Positions 1-13,800 of a stretch of DNA of 64,000 nt are shown here, piece by piece (the first letter of the stretch is position 1; each line of letters starts with the position of its first letter). Both the position numbers and the translations under genes were made by a program. The notes under the pieces were generated by a model. It was given only the letters and a program-made list of their open reading frames with translations, was not told the origin of the DNA and searched no databases. The stretch comes from Chrysomallon squamiferum (taxonomy: Eukaryota > Animalia > Mollusca). Location: NCBI GenBank assembly GCA_012295275.1, contig CM022666.1, positions 4,216,001 through 4,280,000 of the forward strand. Reading direction: 5' to 3'.

Positions 1-45
1 ATTCATACCAAGATCTAAGATTCTAAATAAAATATACATATTTAC

Positions 46-2839
46 CTCATAAATTAAATTTGCTATAATGCATTGTGTTTCGTCATCATCAATTTCTTCC
101 ATCTTAACAAAAGAACAACAATAAAATTAATAAAATTTAATATAAATATCACTGCTCTGAACTGTTTCATAACAAGGGTTAAATCTCTGAATTACTATAT
201 TCTTCCATCTGAAAGAAACACAAAAAGAACAGAACAAAACAAATAAATAATAACACACAACATAATATATATAATTTAATAATTTAAATATCTAAAAATC
301 CCTGTCTCTGAACTCCAAACAGTCATAAAATATAAAAGTTTCAATATTTTAAATGTTTAGATATTATAAAAAATATGTAATTACTTTTTTAATTTTTTTA
401 ATTTTTTTAATGATGTTTGACTGACTCAGAAAAGTCGCATTTTAACTATTTTTGCTATGGGATGCACCTAAAAAATGTCAAGGGTCTTTCAGCTTTTCAA
501 AAATATAAATCAGATAAATTTTTTGAAAAATTAAATAACAAAACCAAATATGAATGTAAAACTATATATTCTTTTTTTTTGAAGATGAGAAAAGAAACAC
601 AAACACACAGAAAACAGACACATAACAAATAAATAGACAAACACTAAAAATATAATATATAAACAACATTTATATGTTTTATACATAAATAAATCATTAA
701 TATCCAAAAATATTTTGTAAAATAACGGCTAAATATAAAAATAAGGTCTCCATAGAGGTAGATAAAAGAGAATTTTTTTTTTCCCTATATTTTAACATGT
801 AAACTGGTCTAAAAATAGTGACGGTGCCTAGAATCTACAGTCGACTTACAATACGTATATATAAAAAATAAATAATTTTATTTTTAATATCAACTATATA
901 TTTTATTTTTTTTAATATCAACTGAAAAAAAAAAAAAAAAGAAATTATTTTACCTCCATTAGATTCAAAGCTGCTGTGAACTGATCAATAGGTAACAGGT
1001 GAGTTTTGTTGTTAATCAAATAACTGAAAAGAATAATAATATTAAAAAAATCTATTTAATTAAAATTGATTTTCATTACGTTTCTGTATATCTGGCTAAA
1101 ATAACCAGCAAGTCCTTGTAGGAAACAAAAATTTAATTTATCAGGAAATTAAACTGAACAAATATTATGAAAGGATTAAATATAATTAAAAAAGAAAAAG
1201 AAAAAAGAAATAAAACTTATATCATTTTCTTCATATTTAGTATTAAATAGATGTAAGAGTTACTCACACTTTTTTGAAAAGATTTCTGTAAGTAATGACT
1301 TTCAGTTTCTCCAGAATGAGATAGATTCCACACTTTATAAAGAAAGCTTCATTTTTCTGCAGGGAATTGTTCAGTTGGAGTAGATTGCCTGAACTTAAAA
1401 TATAAAAAATTGAAAAAAAATTAATTATTATTAAATCAGTCACATTCCCTGTTATCTAAAGACATTGGTGGTTTATATTAAGAATATAAAATAAGTTTAA
1501 AAAAATAAATAAATAAACAAATGAAAAAATAATAAAAGAAATTGAATATGAAGGTATTGGATGTTTATGAAGTAATAACAGATAATTTTAACATATTAAA
1601 AATGTAAAATTAGTATAAAATAATATGTAATAATCAAGACTAAATAATGAAAGATAAAAAAAAAAAAACAACAACAAACAAACAAACAGAAAAAAAAGCT
1701 TCTTTTGATTATTAAGTGATGGACAAAAAAACACAAAAAATATAACACACCATGTTTAATTACTTACAAAAATAAATTTGTACCAAGTACAGACAGTTCT
1801 TTTTAAGACAGTAATAAATATTGACAACGGCAATATTTATGATGATGATAATAAGAACAATAATGATATATATTAATTAATTAATAATATTAATAATAAT
1901 AAAACCATTTTGAAATAAATAATTTAAAAAAATATTGAAAATTTGTTTACCTGACAGCTTTTGTGACATCTGCAAATTGAAGTAAATCATATTTTTTCAA
2001 CAGTGACATTTTTGGCATATGACCCTAAAAAAATAACACATTTAAAGTTATTTGTTGTCATTCTTTTTACCTGTGAAATACAATTATATGTTTACATACA
2101 TTATTTAAAGAAAAAATAATTAAAATGTGTTGATGAGAATAGATATACTGCTTTATTCTTAGTTTTTAGCTATTTTGAATCTGAAGAATTTTATATTAAT
2201 AATTTATATGTAAGTAATAAAATTTAGGAATTTTGAAAGTAAATGATGAATTATTATTTTAATATTAGAAATTTACATAAAAGACAGAAAATTTATCTGA
2301 GTTTAAAAGTTTAAAAAAAGAAATGAACATATTTTTATAAAATAAAAACTGTAAAACTGCTGCCACTATTTTTAATGACATTTTCACAGTTTATAAATTA
2401 TATAATACCTGTATAATTAAACATTATTATTAATAGGTTACAGTTATAATTTTTTAAAACATACCAGTAACATTTTCACTGGAATGAGATATATCAGAAT
2501 CAGTCGTTTATTCTTCCTCGATGCCTTGTGACACCTCTCAAAGGCAAACATTAAGTATTCCTCCGCTGAAAAAAATAGTTCACTATATCATTTAATGCTT
2601 TAACAATACATTCACTATATGTGTATAAATATACATTTCTTGTATTACATGGATTATGGACCATTTTGCAATGATCTAACTTTTCAATGCCTCTGTATGT
2701 ACAATTTAATCTCATTTTTACATTTCTAAAATTAGTTGTTTTTGTAAAGTACATGTGTTTTGAATAGTACTGTCTAATTCAGTATTTGAGACATAATGCA
2801 CAGACTGGTCTAAATCACACATATTTCTTATTAAGATAA

Positions 2840-2871
<32 letters not shown>

Positions 2872-5800
2872 GAATCAACAACAGTAATTAATATTAACAA
2901 AATAATAAAAATGGGAAGCAAAGATATAAATGGTAATTTTAAAATCTCAGAATTGCAAAAAAAATGCAAAAACTGAAGAAAAATAATTTAAAATAAATAA
3001 ATAAATAACTAAATAATTTATTAAATAAATGTAAAAAAAAAATTAATAAATAATTTATACAAATAAAAAAATAAAATAAATGCTCTTACCACTTTTAAAA
3101 TCACTGTCAAACATTGCTTTTCTTCCAACGTAGTATCTGAAAAGTATGTTATTTTTTAATACTTTATTTATAATTAAACAATACACGAAGGACCTGTTAG
3201 TCTACCTTATTAACAAACTAAATCACTGTCTCTATCAACTGCTTCCAGCAACTCTTTCTTTTTTATTAAAAAAATAATTTGAATTTTATCTTTTTAATTT
3301 AGAAAAAAAAAAGGAGGTAAGTTTGCAGATATAAACATAAAAATAAATAAAGTTAAGATTTTAAGTAGGTTTTTTTTTAATTTTTTTTTTTTAATTGTAT
3401 TATAATTAATAATGAAATAAACATCAGATAGGCCATAAATAATTGAAAAATTTTTTTTTTTTTCTTTTATGTATTAAATAAAAGTAATTAATTAATAAAA
3501 ATAAATGAAAAAATAAAATAAAACAATTTTTTTTATTTTTGTTATATATTAATAAAAATAAATGAATAAATAAAATAAAACAAATTTCTTTGTTTCTGTT
3601 ACACATTAATTAAAATTAATTTATAATGCTAAATAATTCAGATTGTGTTAATAGTAAGTTTTAATTTTTTAATTATCTCACCTGAAAGTAATTAGCTGCG
3701 ACAGAGAAAACTTGTCCTTTATGACAAGACTGTCAATGGCTCTAATCAGAGGTTTACACAAGTGTAACTTATTTATCTAAAATAAAATAATTTTAAAAAT
3801 TATTACCAATATTTACAAAAAATAAAAGAACCCACTAATATTAAACATATGTTTATTAATAACTGAATATCATAAGTAAATTTTTTATTTATGAACAATA
3901 ATACAATGGTTTGAATAAAAAGTTCAGATTATTAATAAAACATTTTTTTTAAAAATTAAAATAAATGAATTAATAAAAAAATTAATAAAAAATAAAAAAT
4001 GCATTTTAAAACAAATTCTCATAAAAATTACAACAATAAACAGAAGATAGTCTTTGTCATAAATTAAAAAATGATAAAGAATATTTTATATATCTCATTT
4101 TATTTTGTCCTTAGAATTTTTATAACTATTTAGGCTTCATTTCCAATGTAAAAAATACATTGGAAAAATAAGAAAGATCCATTACGGTTTAGCAAGAACA
4201 AAGAAAAGAAAAGTTTTGTTTGGTTTTTTACCTTAAAATAGATTTTAAACAACTGGTTGACAATATTCAGCATTCCCCATTTCTTTGACTCTTCTATAGC
4301 AGCTCGGCTGTAAGTAAAATTTCATTATTAAATTTTATTAACATTATTCTGACATTAAATATTTAACATTTTACAAAAATATATAATAAAAATAAAAAAT
4401 AAATAAATAATAAACAGAGTCTGAGGCAAGATTTTAATGGAATTTTCAAGAAACTATGCCAAACCAAAAAAAAATTAAAAATAAAATAAAAATAATAATA
4501 AAGACAATCCTAATGTATATGAAGGAATATATCATTATAAATCTTATATACAGTATCATCTCTCAACAAGGAAATAAATTCAACATATGGATTATTTATC
4601 TATGAAACATTAAAATTTTATACATACTCACATGTATGTCTGTAATTAGGAGAACAATTTAATTAAATTGTAATTTAATTAATCCCATTAAACATGTAAA
4701 TTTATGGACTTTTCATCTGCAATGCATTACATTTTATACATACCTACATACATAATTGTAATAATGAAAATAATTGATTAAATATTTATATTAAAAAAAA
4801 ATTTAATAAATATTTTACTTGTCGCTGGCACAAACTCTGAAACACCCCATGAGCAGTTCTGCAGCTTTCTCCAGTCTCTCTCCTGGTTTACCAATTCCTT
4901 TCTTACATGCCTGAATATCTGCCTGCAGTTTTAAAAACAACATAAAACAGCATTTGGAATAAACAGTTGACTTGTAAAAAGATAATAGAAATACTGTTCC
5001 AAAGTTCAAGTTAATCTAAATTTAAAAAATATTTTTTGAACTAGCAAAGTGCGAAAATAAAATTGATTAAAGATATAGATTAAGGAAAATTATAAATTGT
5101 TTGGAAGTTCAGCAGATTTGTGAAAATATTAATAACACAATGATCAAACAATTCTGAACATTGTGAAAATAAAATTGGTATCTGAATGAAAAATAAACAG
5201 CTTTACAAAAACAAACAGCATACTAAAAGAGTAAAAGATTTTTATTTTTAATTAGTAACTTCTAATTATCTTTTACCTGTTGATAAGAAAACAAAAGAAT
5301 ATAAGTTAATAGCTTTTCTAAAAGAAAATTTAAACTATTTAAAATATGACAATGATGTTAACTTGTTTATTATTTGACAATGCTGTACACTAACAAGATA
5401 ATAAAATATCTTTTAGAAATAACTGTTAATTAAAAAATAAGCAGTTAACAATATTTTTCAATGCTCACACTATTTGCAATAAGTCTGAGATCAAGACAGA
5501 CGGAAAACAGGACAGTGAGACACCAGTTTTCATCTTTTTGACTCTGAAATATCTTAGTGAATGCTGTTCTCAAGTTAAAGATTTATAAAAAGTTTTTTCA
5601 AAATTAATTAAGAATTTAAAATAATAAAAGAAATATTGTTTATCCGTTTTATCTGAAACTGAAATTTAAAAAGAAAATTAGATTATTTGAATGGTACTAA
5701 CGAACTTAAAATACACATCAATTCACTTTAACTAACAGTTTTAATCATACAAAATTTTAGTTTATCTTCTTACATGTTAACCATAAATAGTTTATAATTA

Positions 5801-7423
5801 ACAGCATACAAAATCAAAAAATATATTGTTATATGATAATGATATTTTATACCAACAAATCAAACAAAATGTAGAATATATTTTTATACATTATATATAT
5901 TAATAGAGTACAGTTCTAAATCAAATAGAGACACATTTTTGTTTTATTAAATTTTGATTAAAAAGGATATTGCACCACTATTGCTTGACATCTGTAAGCT
6001 TCGACAAAGTTATGATTTGCAACAGCCCAAATGCACCTGCAATTATAAAATAATGGATATTGTAATTTAAAAGCTCAAATTTCAATTTAACAATATTTAA
6101 GAAGTATTTGTTTCTGTTCATATAAATATATATAGACACTTTCATGAAGAGTAAAAATTTAAACTTTTAGTTATTATTATAACAGAACATAATAAAGTGT
6201 CTTACACAATATTAATCTTGATTCCTTGAACTTAGTTAAAGCTCTATTCTCAAAACCTTAATTTAATTCAATAATAAATCATTAATTTTCAGTCCAGTTT
6301 ACAATTATTTCTTGATATACTACTGGTCATATTTCACCACACTTTTATTAAACAAATGTTGTATAAATTGCTGTGAGAGTTAAAGTTTTTTTTTTTTTTT
6401 AAACTAAAAATGAATAGAGTAACGTAAATGAAAATATTAACAAACAATTAATTGGTCTGACCTCAGGTGAGCTGCGACCAGCTCATCGAATGGTGGTTCA
6501 AAAACTCGCTGTACGTGTAACTCAGGTTTTTCTATCTGAAGTTTGGCGCTAGCAACATGTGGATGTTTGAAGGATAACAATTCCTGTGAAAATATATAAT
6601 AAATAAAAAACTTAAAAAATAAAATTTTGGTATAAATTTCTAAATGAATTTCAGTCCTCAGATTTATCTTTAAACTATTTCATCCATAAATACTGACAGA
6701 CTAAAATAAGAAACTAAATGCCAGTGATTTTCATATAAAATATAAAATGTATATATATGGGAAAGAAAAAAAAAACGTTTAAAATTAAAATAGAAATTTA
6801 ACATTTTATTATTATATTAGATACAAATTTTGAATTAATTTATCTAAATATTTAATTTTTGAGTAGTTACATCTCATTCATTAACAGTATATATCTCTAT
6901 GGGTTGAGAAAAAGTTAAAACTATAATTCTTGTTTTTTAATACGGATAAGATGATTAACATCATGTGATCAGCAATTAGTCTAGTGATGTATTCACAGTA
7001 CAACAATATTGGTATTTTTAATAATATTAATAATTTAATATCAAAGGATGAAACTCTTTGAAAGGTTGTCACTGAGACTAAGTAATTATTTCACTTTTTG
7101 TTTTTTAAAGGATCCACTGAATTACATTTTTTGATGATTATTTTAAATAATAATTTCTGAAAATACTCACAGCAGCTGTAATTCCATCTTTAGTTTGCAA
7201 CGCTTCATCTAGCTGAAGCAAAAATAAAACAACACTTTTAGTATTACTAAAAATTGATTAGTATTAAAGTTATATCTATCACTAACCACAAAAATGTGTA
7301 ACATATAAAAGTACTTAAACGTTTCATTTAAATGCCAAATTTATTATAATTATTAATGGTAAAGTATTAAAATAATCTAAAACGTACCGATTGCATAAAT
7401 GAATTTACAGAAACATGCGCCAT
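46..7423 (-). CDS. PCID2: PCI domain-containing protein 2 (TREX-2 subunit, Thp1/CSN12-like); multi-exon, final exon lies left of the window
   Basis: Phase-consistent exons (minus): 7388-7423, 7171-7212, 6462-6583, 5971-6036, 5469-5565, 4819-4922, 4232-4307, 3682-3776, 3090-3136, 2465-2565, 1951-2024, 1268-1393, 954-1023, 46-102. Translation [42 protein letters not shown]...[10 protein letters not shown]...[32 protein letters not shown]...[16 protein letters not shown]...[14 protein letters not shown]...[21 protein letters not shown]...[11 protein letters not shown] closely matches vertebrate PCID2 as recalled. Confidence 0.97.
5566..5970 (-). other. U12-type (minor spliceosome) AT-AC intron, PCID2 intron 4
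   Basis: The 5' end reads ATATCCTTTT (U12 donor consensus). The branch site TCTTTAAC lies at 5574-5581 and the intron ends in AC at 5566-5567. Splicing joins CA|A (Gln) and keeps the PCID2 frame (..IVVQAFTKIF..). Confidence 0.93.
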
Positions 7424-7892
7424 TTTTTGGTTTTAGTTATCTCCCTTATTATTCAAAGCAGTACTATTTAGTGGACATAAAAATTAATCTTTTTGTTCTC
7501 CCTTTGTAAGGAATAGTTCATTTCATTATTTTATTTTATTATTTCTTATTATTCCGAAACATATACCAAATGATGAAAACATAATATAAATGATATAAGA
7601 CAGAATTATTTATGTAGTTCTAAAGAAAGTATTATTATTGTTTTTATTGTTGTTATTCGTATTCGTATTAAAAACCAAGCAAAAACAAGCAATGTCAATT
7701 CAGAACCTTATGCAGTTCAGTTTGTCATTAGAGTCTGAAATCAGCAACATGCTCATCGAAAGGTTACAAACAATAAAATATTTGTTTAAGGTTTTATAGT
7801 AAATCAAGTCCGACAATTTAATTACAAGATAAAAAATGTATACCTAATTTATAGTATTAACTTCCGGAAAAAACTTCCGGTTTGTAAGGAAC
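7417..7892. promoter_or_regulatory. Bidirectional promoter between PCID2 and TRAPPC14
   Basis: The divergent ATGs are 469 bp apart. Tandem ETS/GABP-type ACTTCCGG sites sit at 7860-7867 and 7873-7880, and a YY1-type GCCATTTT overlaps the PCID2 start codon. Confidence 0.75.
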
Positions 7893-10800
7893 ATGGACGA
7901 TGATTATGGGGATTTACAAAATGCACAGCTCATTTTCCCCAAAACCTCGGTTGGAGTAAACTTTAAGAAAGACTTGGATTTTGAAAAATGTACCGTTTAT
8001 CTTGGAGAATCAGTCGAATCATTCGTCGTGCTGACATGTCCTCCGAATTGCAACAAAACTGACTGGAAGTCTAGAATAAAGTTAGTTGCTGCCCATGGGA
8101 GTTTCTCCCAAACAGAAACGAACTCGGAACAAATATCAAATTCCAAGAACAAGACAGTAAACATAACAAGTGACACTGGATCTAATGACTTTATTGACTG
8201 TCAAGTCACCTCAACCTACAATAAATCGATTTTCAAGAAAGAAACGGCTTCCAATGTCTTACCAGCCACACAACAGGTGAACACTGAAGATTTGATTTTA
8301 AAACAAGTCTCTTTAAGTTAAATAGGAAATAAGCCTAAATACAAAATAAAGCATGATAAACCATTTCACTGGGTAACGATTGGCAATAGAGTCGAATCTA
8401 TTGTTTCCTCTTGGGCTAGTTCACATTTTCTTTGACTTGTTAATCAAAGATTATGATATACCATGCTTATGTTGCTTTCGTTTCTGTTGGAAAGTACTTG
8501 TAAAATTTAATGGCATAATATTGATAATAATAAAGTATGGCCATAAAATAACAAGCTTATAATGAAGCATTTAATCGTTTATCATGTCACTTTACATAAT
8601 AATTGCACGAAAGGTATAGACATGTAGAAAAATTCCTGACAGACTGAGGCAACGTTGAAGCCGCAGCAGCACAAACAACAGTAACAATAACAAAAGTTTA
8701 TGCATTGTTGCATTATAAATACATTGTGCTTCAGACAGCATTAACATTTGAATTTAACAATAAAACTACAAAACAAAAAGAAAAAAAAGAAGAAAAAACT
8801 AAATTCAAAAAACATAATTAATCAGTCTACTCTGTAATTTAAAAATATAATTTTTATTTCAGTATTATTATTATTATTATATAATTTTTTTTTTTTTTTT
8901 TTTTTTTAATTGACAGAATATTAATTCCTTTTTCCAAGACAATGAAACATTTGTGTTTCCACTGAGGACTGTACTGACTAACATCTCCGGCCAGTGTACG
9001 AATGTTAAACTGATTGTCACTATCTGGCTTTGCATCTCACCTAAGAAAGTTTGTCGAGAACAGGAAGCAAAGAAAGATTTCCAAGGGAGCAGTCTTCTAC
9101 AGCTTCGCAAAAAGATAGTTCAGCAGAAAATATGTAAGTCATTTTTATTTATTTTTTATTTTTAGCTTTAATTAAAGAATCAAACGCAGTCAGTTGCACT
9201 CACACAAACTGTTTAGGGGTGTTTGTGTCTTTTGTTCTTTCTTTTTACTTTTTTTTATTTTTTTATTTTTTTATTTTTTTACACATTGTTACTAACTAAA
9301 GAAAATAAAATAGCTTTGTAAGCTGAGTGGCTGAAAATAAGAAATTTAAAAAAATAAATTAAAATAATTCTCCCAAAATTGAAAAATGTTTAAGATGAAA
9401 GAAAAAAATATTCATTAAGTCAGTAAACAATCTTGCTGTTTTTGACAAAAACAGTTATATTGTCATACATTTTATTTCATAGTAAAATATATGATTTGTC
9501 AGCTAGATTTTATTTATAATTTGGTAATGAAAAACTGACATTCAATTTGTTAATAATATAATATTAATATATGCTAAATAACTTAATTTAATTGAATTTA
9601 TATTACAGTAACCAAAAATGAAACAGTTTATTTTATATGGCATTAAAGTAGAGAACTAACCTGTAGATTTCTGTTTCTTTTATATAATAACTGAAATATT
9701 AAAAATATTTATTTAATTTGCATTAACTATGGAACTAATAGCAAAATAAATATCTATTCGTAATAAAATAACTGATATAATTAACTAAGCTTATTTAATT
9801 TGCAGTAATTAAAGATTTTTTAGGAAAGTCAAATTTTATATATCAAATATATTAACTGACACAATTAATTAAATTTATTTAAACTGTGGTAACTAAAGAA
9901 TTAATAGCAAAGTACTTAGTAGATTTCTATTTCATTACATAATAACTTATAAAATTAACCAAGTTTATTTAATTTGCAGTAACTAAAGATCTTATAGGAA
10001 AGTAAATTTGTGTTTGTAATAAAATAACTGATATAATTAACCAAATTTATTTAATTTGCAGCAACTAAAGATCTTATAGGAAAGTAAATTTGTGTTCGTA
10101 ATGTAATAACTGATATAATTAACCAAGTTTATTTAATTTGCAGTAACTAAGGAACTAACGGTAATTAATCCACCATTGCTTTCAATCCGTCACGTCTCAG
10201 CAGGGGACAAGCAGTTAATTCTCTGCCTAGGTTTGTTGAAATATTCATTATTTATTCAACAGTATTAGAATGTTTTATATTGACCAATATTACTATTATT
10301 AGGTGTCAGACAAAAATTATTTACTAAATATCAAACACATATTTTCTGTTCACTGATGTTAAACATAAAATTCTAAAACGTGATTATGTATGAAAATCAT
10401 TTCAATGATAATTATAGAAAAATTGTCATAAATTATTTTCACGTTGCTTTAATTAAATTTTATCGAAGAATTTTGAGACGTTAATACGTATTTTTCACAG
10501 AAATATATATGTGTAACTTTTCTCGTTTCAGTGAATAATGATACCAGTCACACTTTGCATCTACACAACATGTGTATTTTGCCAAACCGAAGTGCAGGAA
10601 ATGGTGACAGTGACGATGTCCACGAATCTACAAATGGAAAATGGTAGATTTTTTTTTTTTTTATATTCTTTAAATATTGTAAGATATAATTGAAAGATCT
10701 TTATTATAAACTGAGATATTTTAATACAATATACATTTTAAAATAACCCAATTCTGACTCTTTTTATATCTGCATCACATTTTTATTTTGTTATTATCAT

Positions 10801-13800
10801 TTGTTATATATTACAGTAGGGTAGTATGCATTGATTGATGCTGTACACAAGCTGATATGTATATGCACACATGGACACAACATACACTACAGTGGAACCC
10901 CTATAATTACATATATGATATTCACACATAAAAAAACATACACCATTTTATACCAAAGATAATAATCATACATACACACAACACATAAATACACTACAAA
11001 TACACACCAAATAATAAAGCATACACACAATATGCACACTCACATGTACATACATTAATAAGTATCAATAGACATGAACATGTGTACGTACATTAAAAAG
11101 TGTCAATACACACGAACATATATACAGACATACATGAACATATGTGTCATGTTGTAATGAGATCTGTCTGTTTTTTGAGGCTCACTACAAAACTTGATAT
11201 GTGACTTATTTAATAATCAATATAGTCACCATTCTCATCTGTGACCTCCTTCCATCAGTCAGTGAGCTTTTTAACACCATCTCTCCATAAATTTACTTAA
11301 AAGAAAGGCACAGAACATTCATTACAACGTGACAGTAAATACAAACAGACAAATATACGTACAGACATTAGTAACAATGAACATACACAAACATATAAGT
11401 TCAGACACTGATAAGTATAAATGTACACAAAACTTGTGTAGACATTTGATTAAATGTGAACTAATGAACATACACAAACATGTAAGTTCAGACACTGATA
11501 AGTATAAATGTACACAAAACTTGTGTAGACATTTGATTAAATATGAAGTAATGAACATGTAAGTGTAACGATGTGTTTATTGTTGCAGTGTTTGCAGTCC
11601 TCTGACTCAGGTGTCCTATCCTGTACAACTGCTGAGTCAGGAGAAACTTTCTTGTGTGTTTCATCTCATACCACCCCACGTCGATGCTGACACCATCCCT
11701 GTGGTAGGGATCTTACATGACGTTGATGTTTTTGTCTCAGTGTTAGAAAAACATGAAAAGTGATGAGTCGTTTTAGATTAAATATCTGAAATTGTCATCT
11801 TTCTTTCATTAAAGTATATATATACATATACACACTCATACATACATACATACATACATATACAGGGTGGTCCACACACACACACGCACACAGATACATA
11901 TATAGATGTAGATATTCACACATACACATATACATATGTACATAGACACACACACACACACAGACACACATTGCTATATGAATGAGTGATGTTTTGTCTG
12001 TGTTACTGTTAGTAAGAATTATTTTGTCTGTTCTGTATAGGGTGATATTACTCCTATTGTTGCATATTACATGTGTAGATTAAATCACTGTATCTTGATG
12101 GTCATTTAATTTATTAATTTCTTGCAGGACATCATTCTGAAAGCTCATTTGAACTGGAGTCAAAAAAAAGACATTGAAGTCGTTACTCTGTACAGGTATG
12201 GATGTTTGCTAAAAATAAAATTAAAAAATGTTAATAACAGAAACATAAATAAATGAAGACTGAAAAAAAAAATATTAATAACAGCAAAGAGATTAGCATA
12301 AATCTAAATTTTAACACTTTGAAACAAACATGAACGTAACACTACAGTAAAATCTTGAGATAAAATTAACCACATTTATTTAATTTGCAGTAACTAAGGT
12401 CCTAATCGTAACTATTACTATAGATACATTCTGATGTATTACTGTACAAAAGTGATCACCAGCCATTGTATTGCTGTTTACTTCAGAATTTTAAAATGTT
12501 TTTTTTTTAAATATTTTTATTTTTGTCTCTGTTTCAGTCTGCCCACTTTGGCTGTACGACGAGCTCCATTCACAGTTTCAGTTGTTTGCAAAGAAGAACC
12601 AAAGATTGGAGAAAAGTAAACATTAAAATAAATATAATTTTTCTCTTTTGTTTATCCTAACCCTCACCCACCCAAAATATTTTCACCATTAGCTTGTTTG
12701 TGAGGTTGTAGTCTCTCTAGGTTCAAATCTGCTTGGTGGAAGCAGAGTAAACTTCAGATTTTTTACTCATTTTCTTATTTAGAAAAATAAATACAGATAC
12801 ACTAGGGATTTAATCTTTAGCAACTCAGATTTTTGCTCTACACAGATTTCATGTGGAAACTGAGTATGTATAGAGTTAAGTATAAATAAACCATAAACAT
12901 TATAGGTAGTCACAGTTCTCCATTTGCTCAGTTGATAGAATATGCTGTGTTTTCTTCACCCAGAGTATCTTGGTTCAAATCCTGCTACTGGTAGTTATAA
13001 AAATGTATTATTAATAACTTTTATAAATGTTTATTTCAAAACCATTTTTTTTTTTTTTTAAATTTTTTTTTCTGTTACTAATATTTAAAATTATATTTCT
13101 GTCTGTTTATTTTTCAGTTTTATCTTGACGTACAGAATAGCTAACAATCTACAAGATTTTCTAAGTATGAAGTTGTACTGGAATCTGGATACTCAGTGGA
13201 ATACAGTTAAACATCTTGGTGAATTTCTACTCATTATCTATTTCATTGTCACAGTCATTGTCTATTGTCATAGTCTTTATCAGTATCATTATCATTATAA
13301 TTATCACTACTATTGTTGTTATTATAATAATAATTATTATTTTTATTTAAAAATAATAATAATAATTTATCATTATAATCATATGATGATGATGATGATG
13401 ATGATGATCATCATCATATTATTATTATTATTATTATGATGATGACTACTACAGCTACTGTTACTATAATAATTACTACTACAATACATTTTTTGTATAC
13501 TCTCTCATCTGCACATGTTATTGTTTAATAATAAATACTGTTACCCTCGATTTTTGGGATTTTGAGAAATCTGAACCAAACAGAAAAAAACACCACAGCA
13601 TTTGAACGTATCTCCATTTCCCACCTGAAAAAACCTTACCTCTACATACTATTAAGTTATTCCAAGTCCTACTATACAATCATGGCAACCTTCTCTCAAC
13701 ACACTTTCCATCAAGGTAAAAGTAAATTTCACAACTTAAACCATAACCATCCTAACCTAACAAACTTGAACCAACCTAGCCTACATTTTCCTTTACATAT

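Noticed and set aside
2240-2302. TGATGA...CTGA pair suggestive of an intronic C/D snoRNA
   Set aside because: The interior is extremely AT-rich, with no credible guide sequence or terminal stem.
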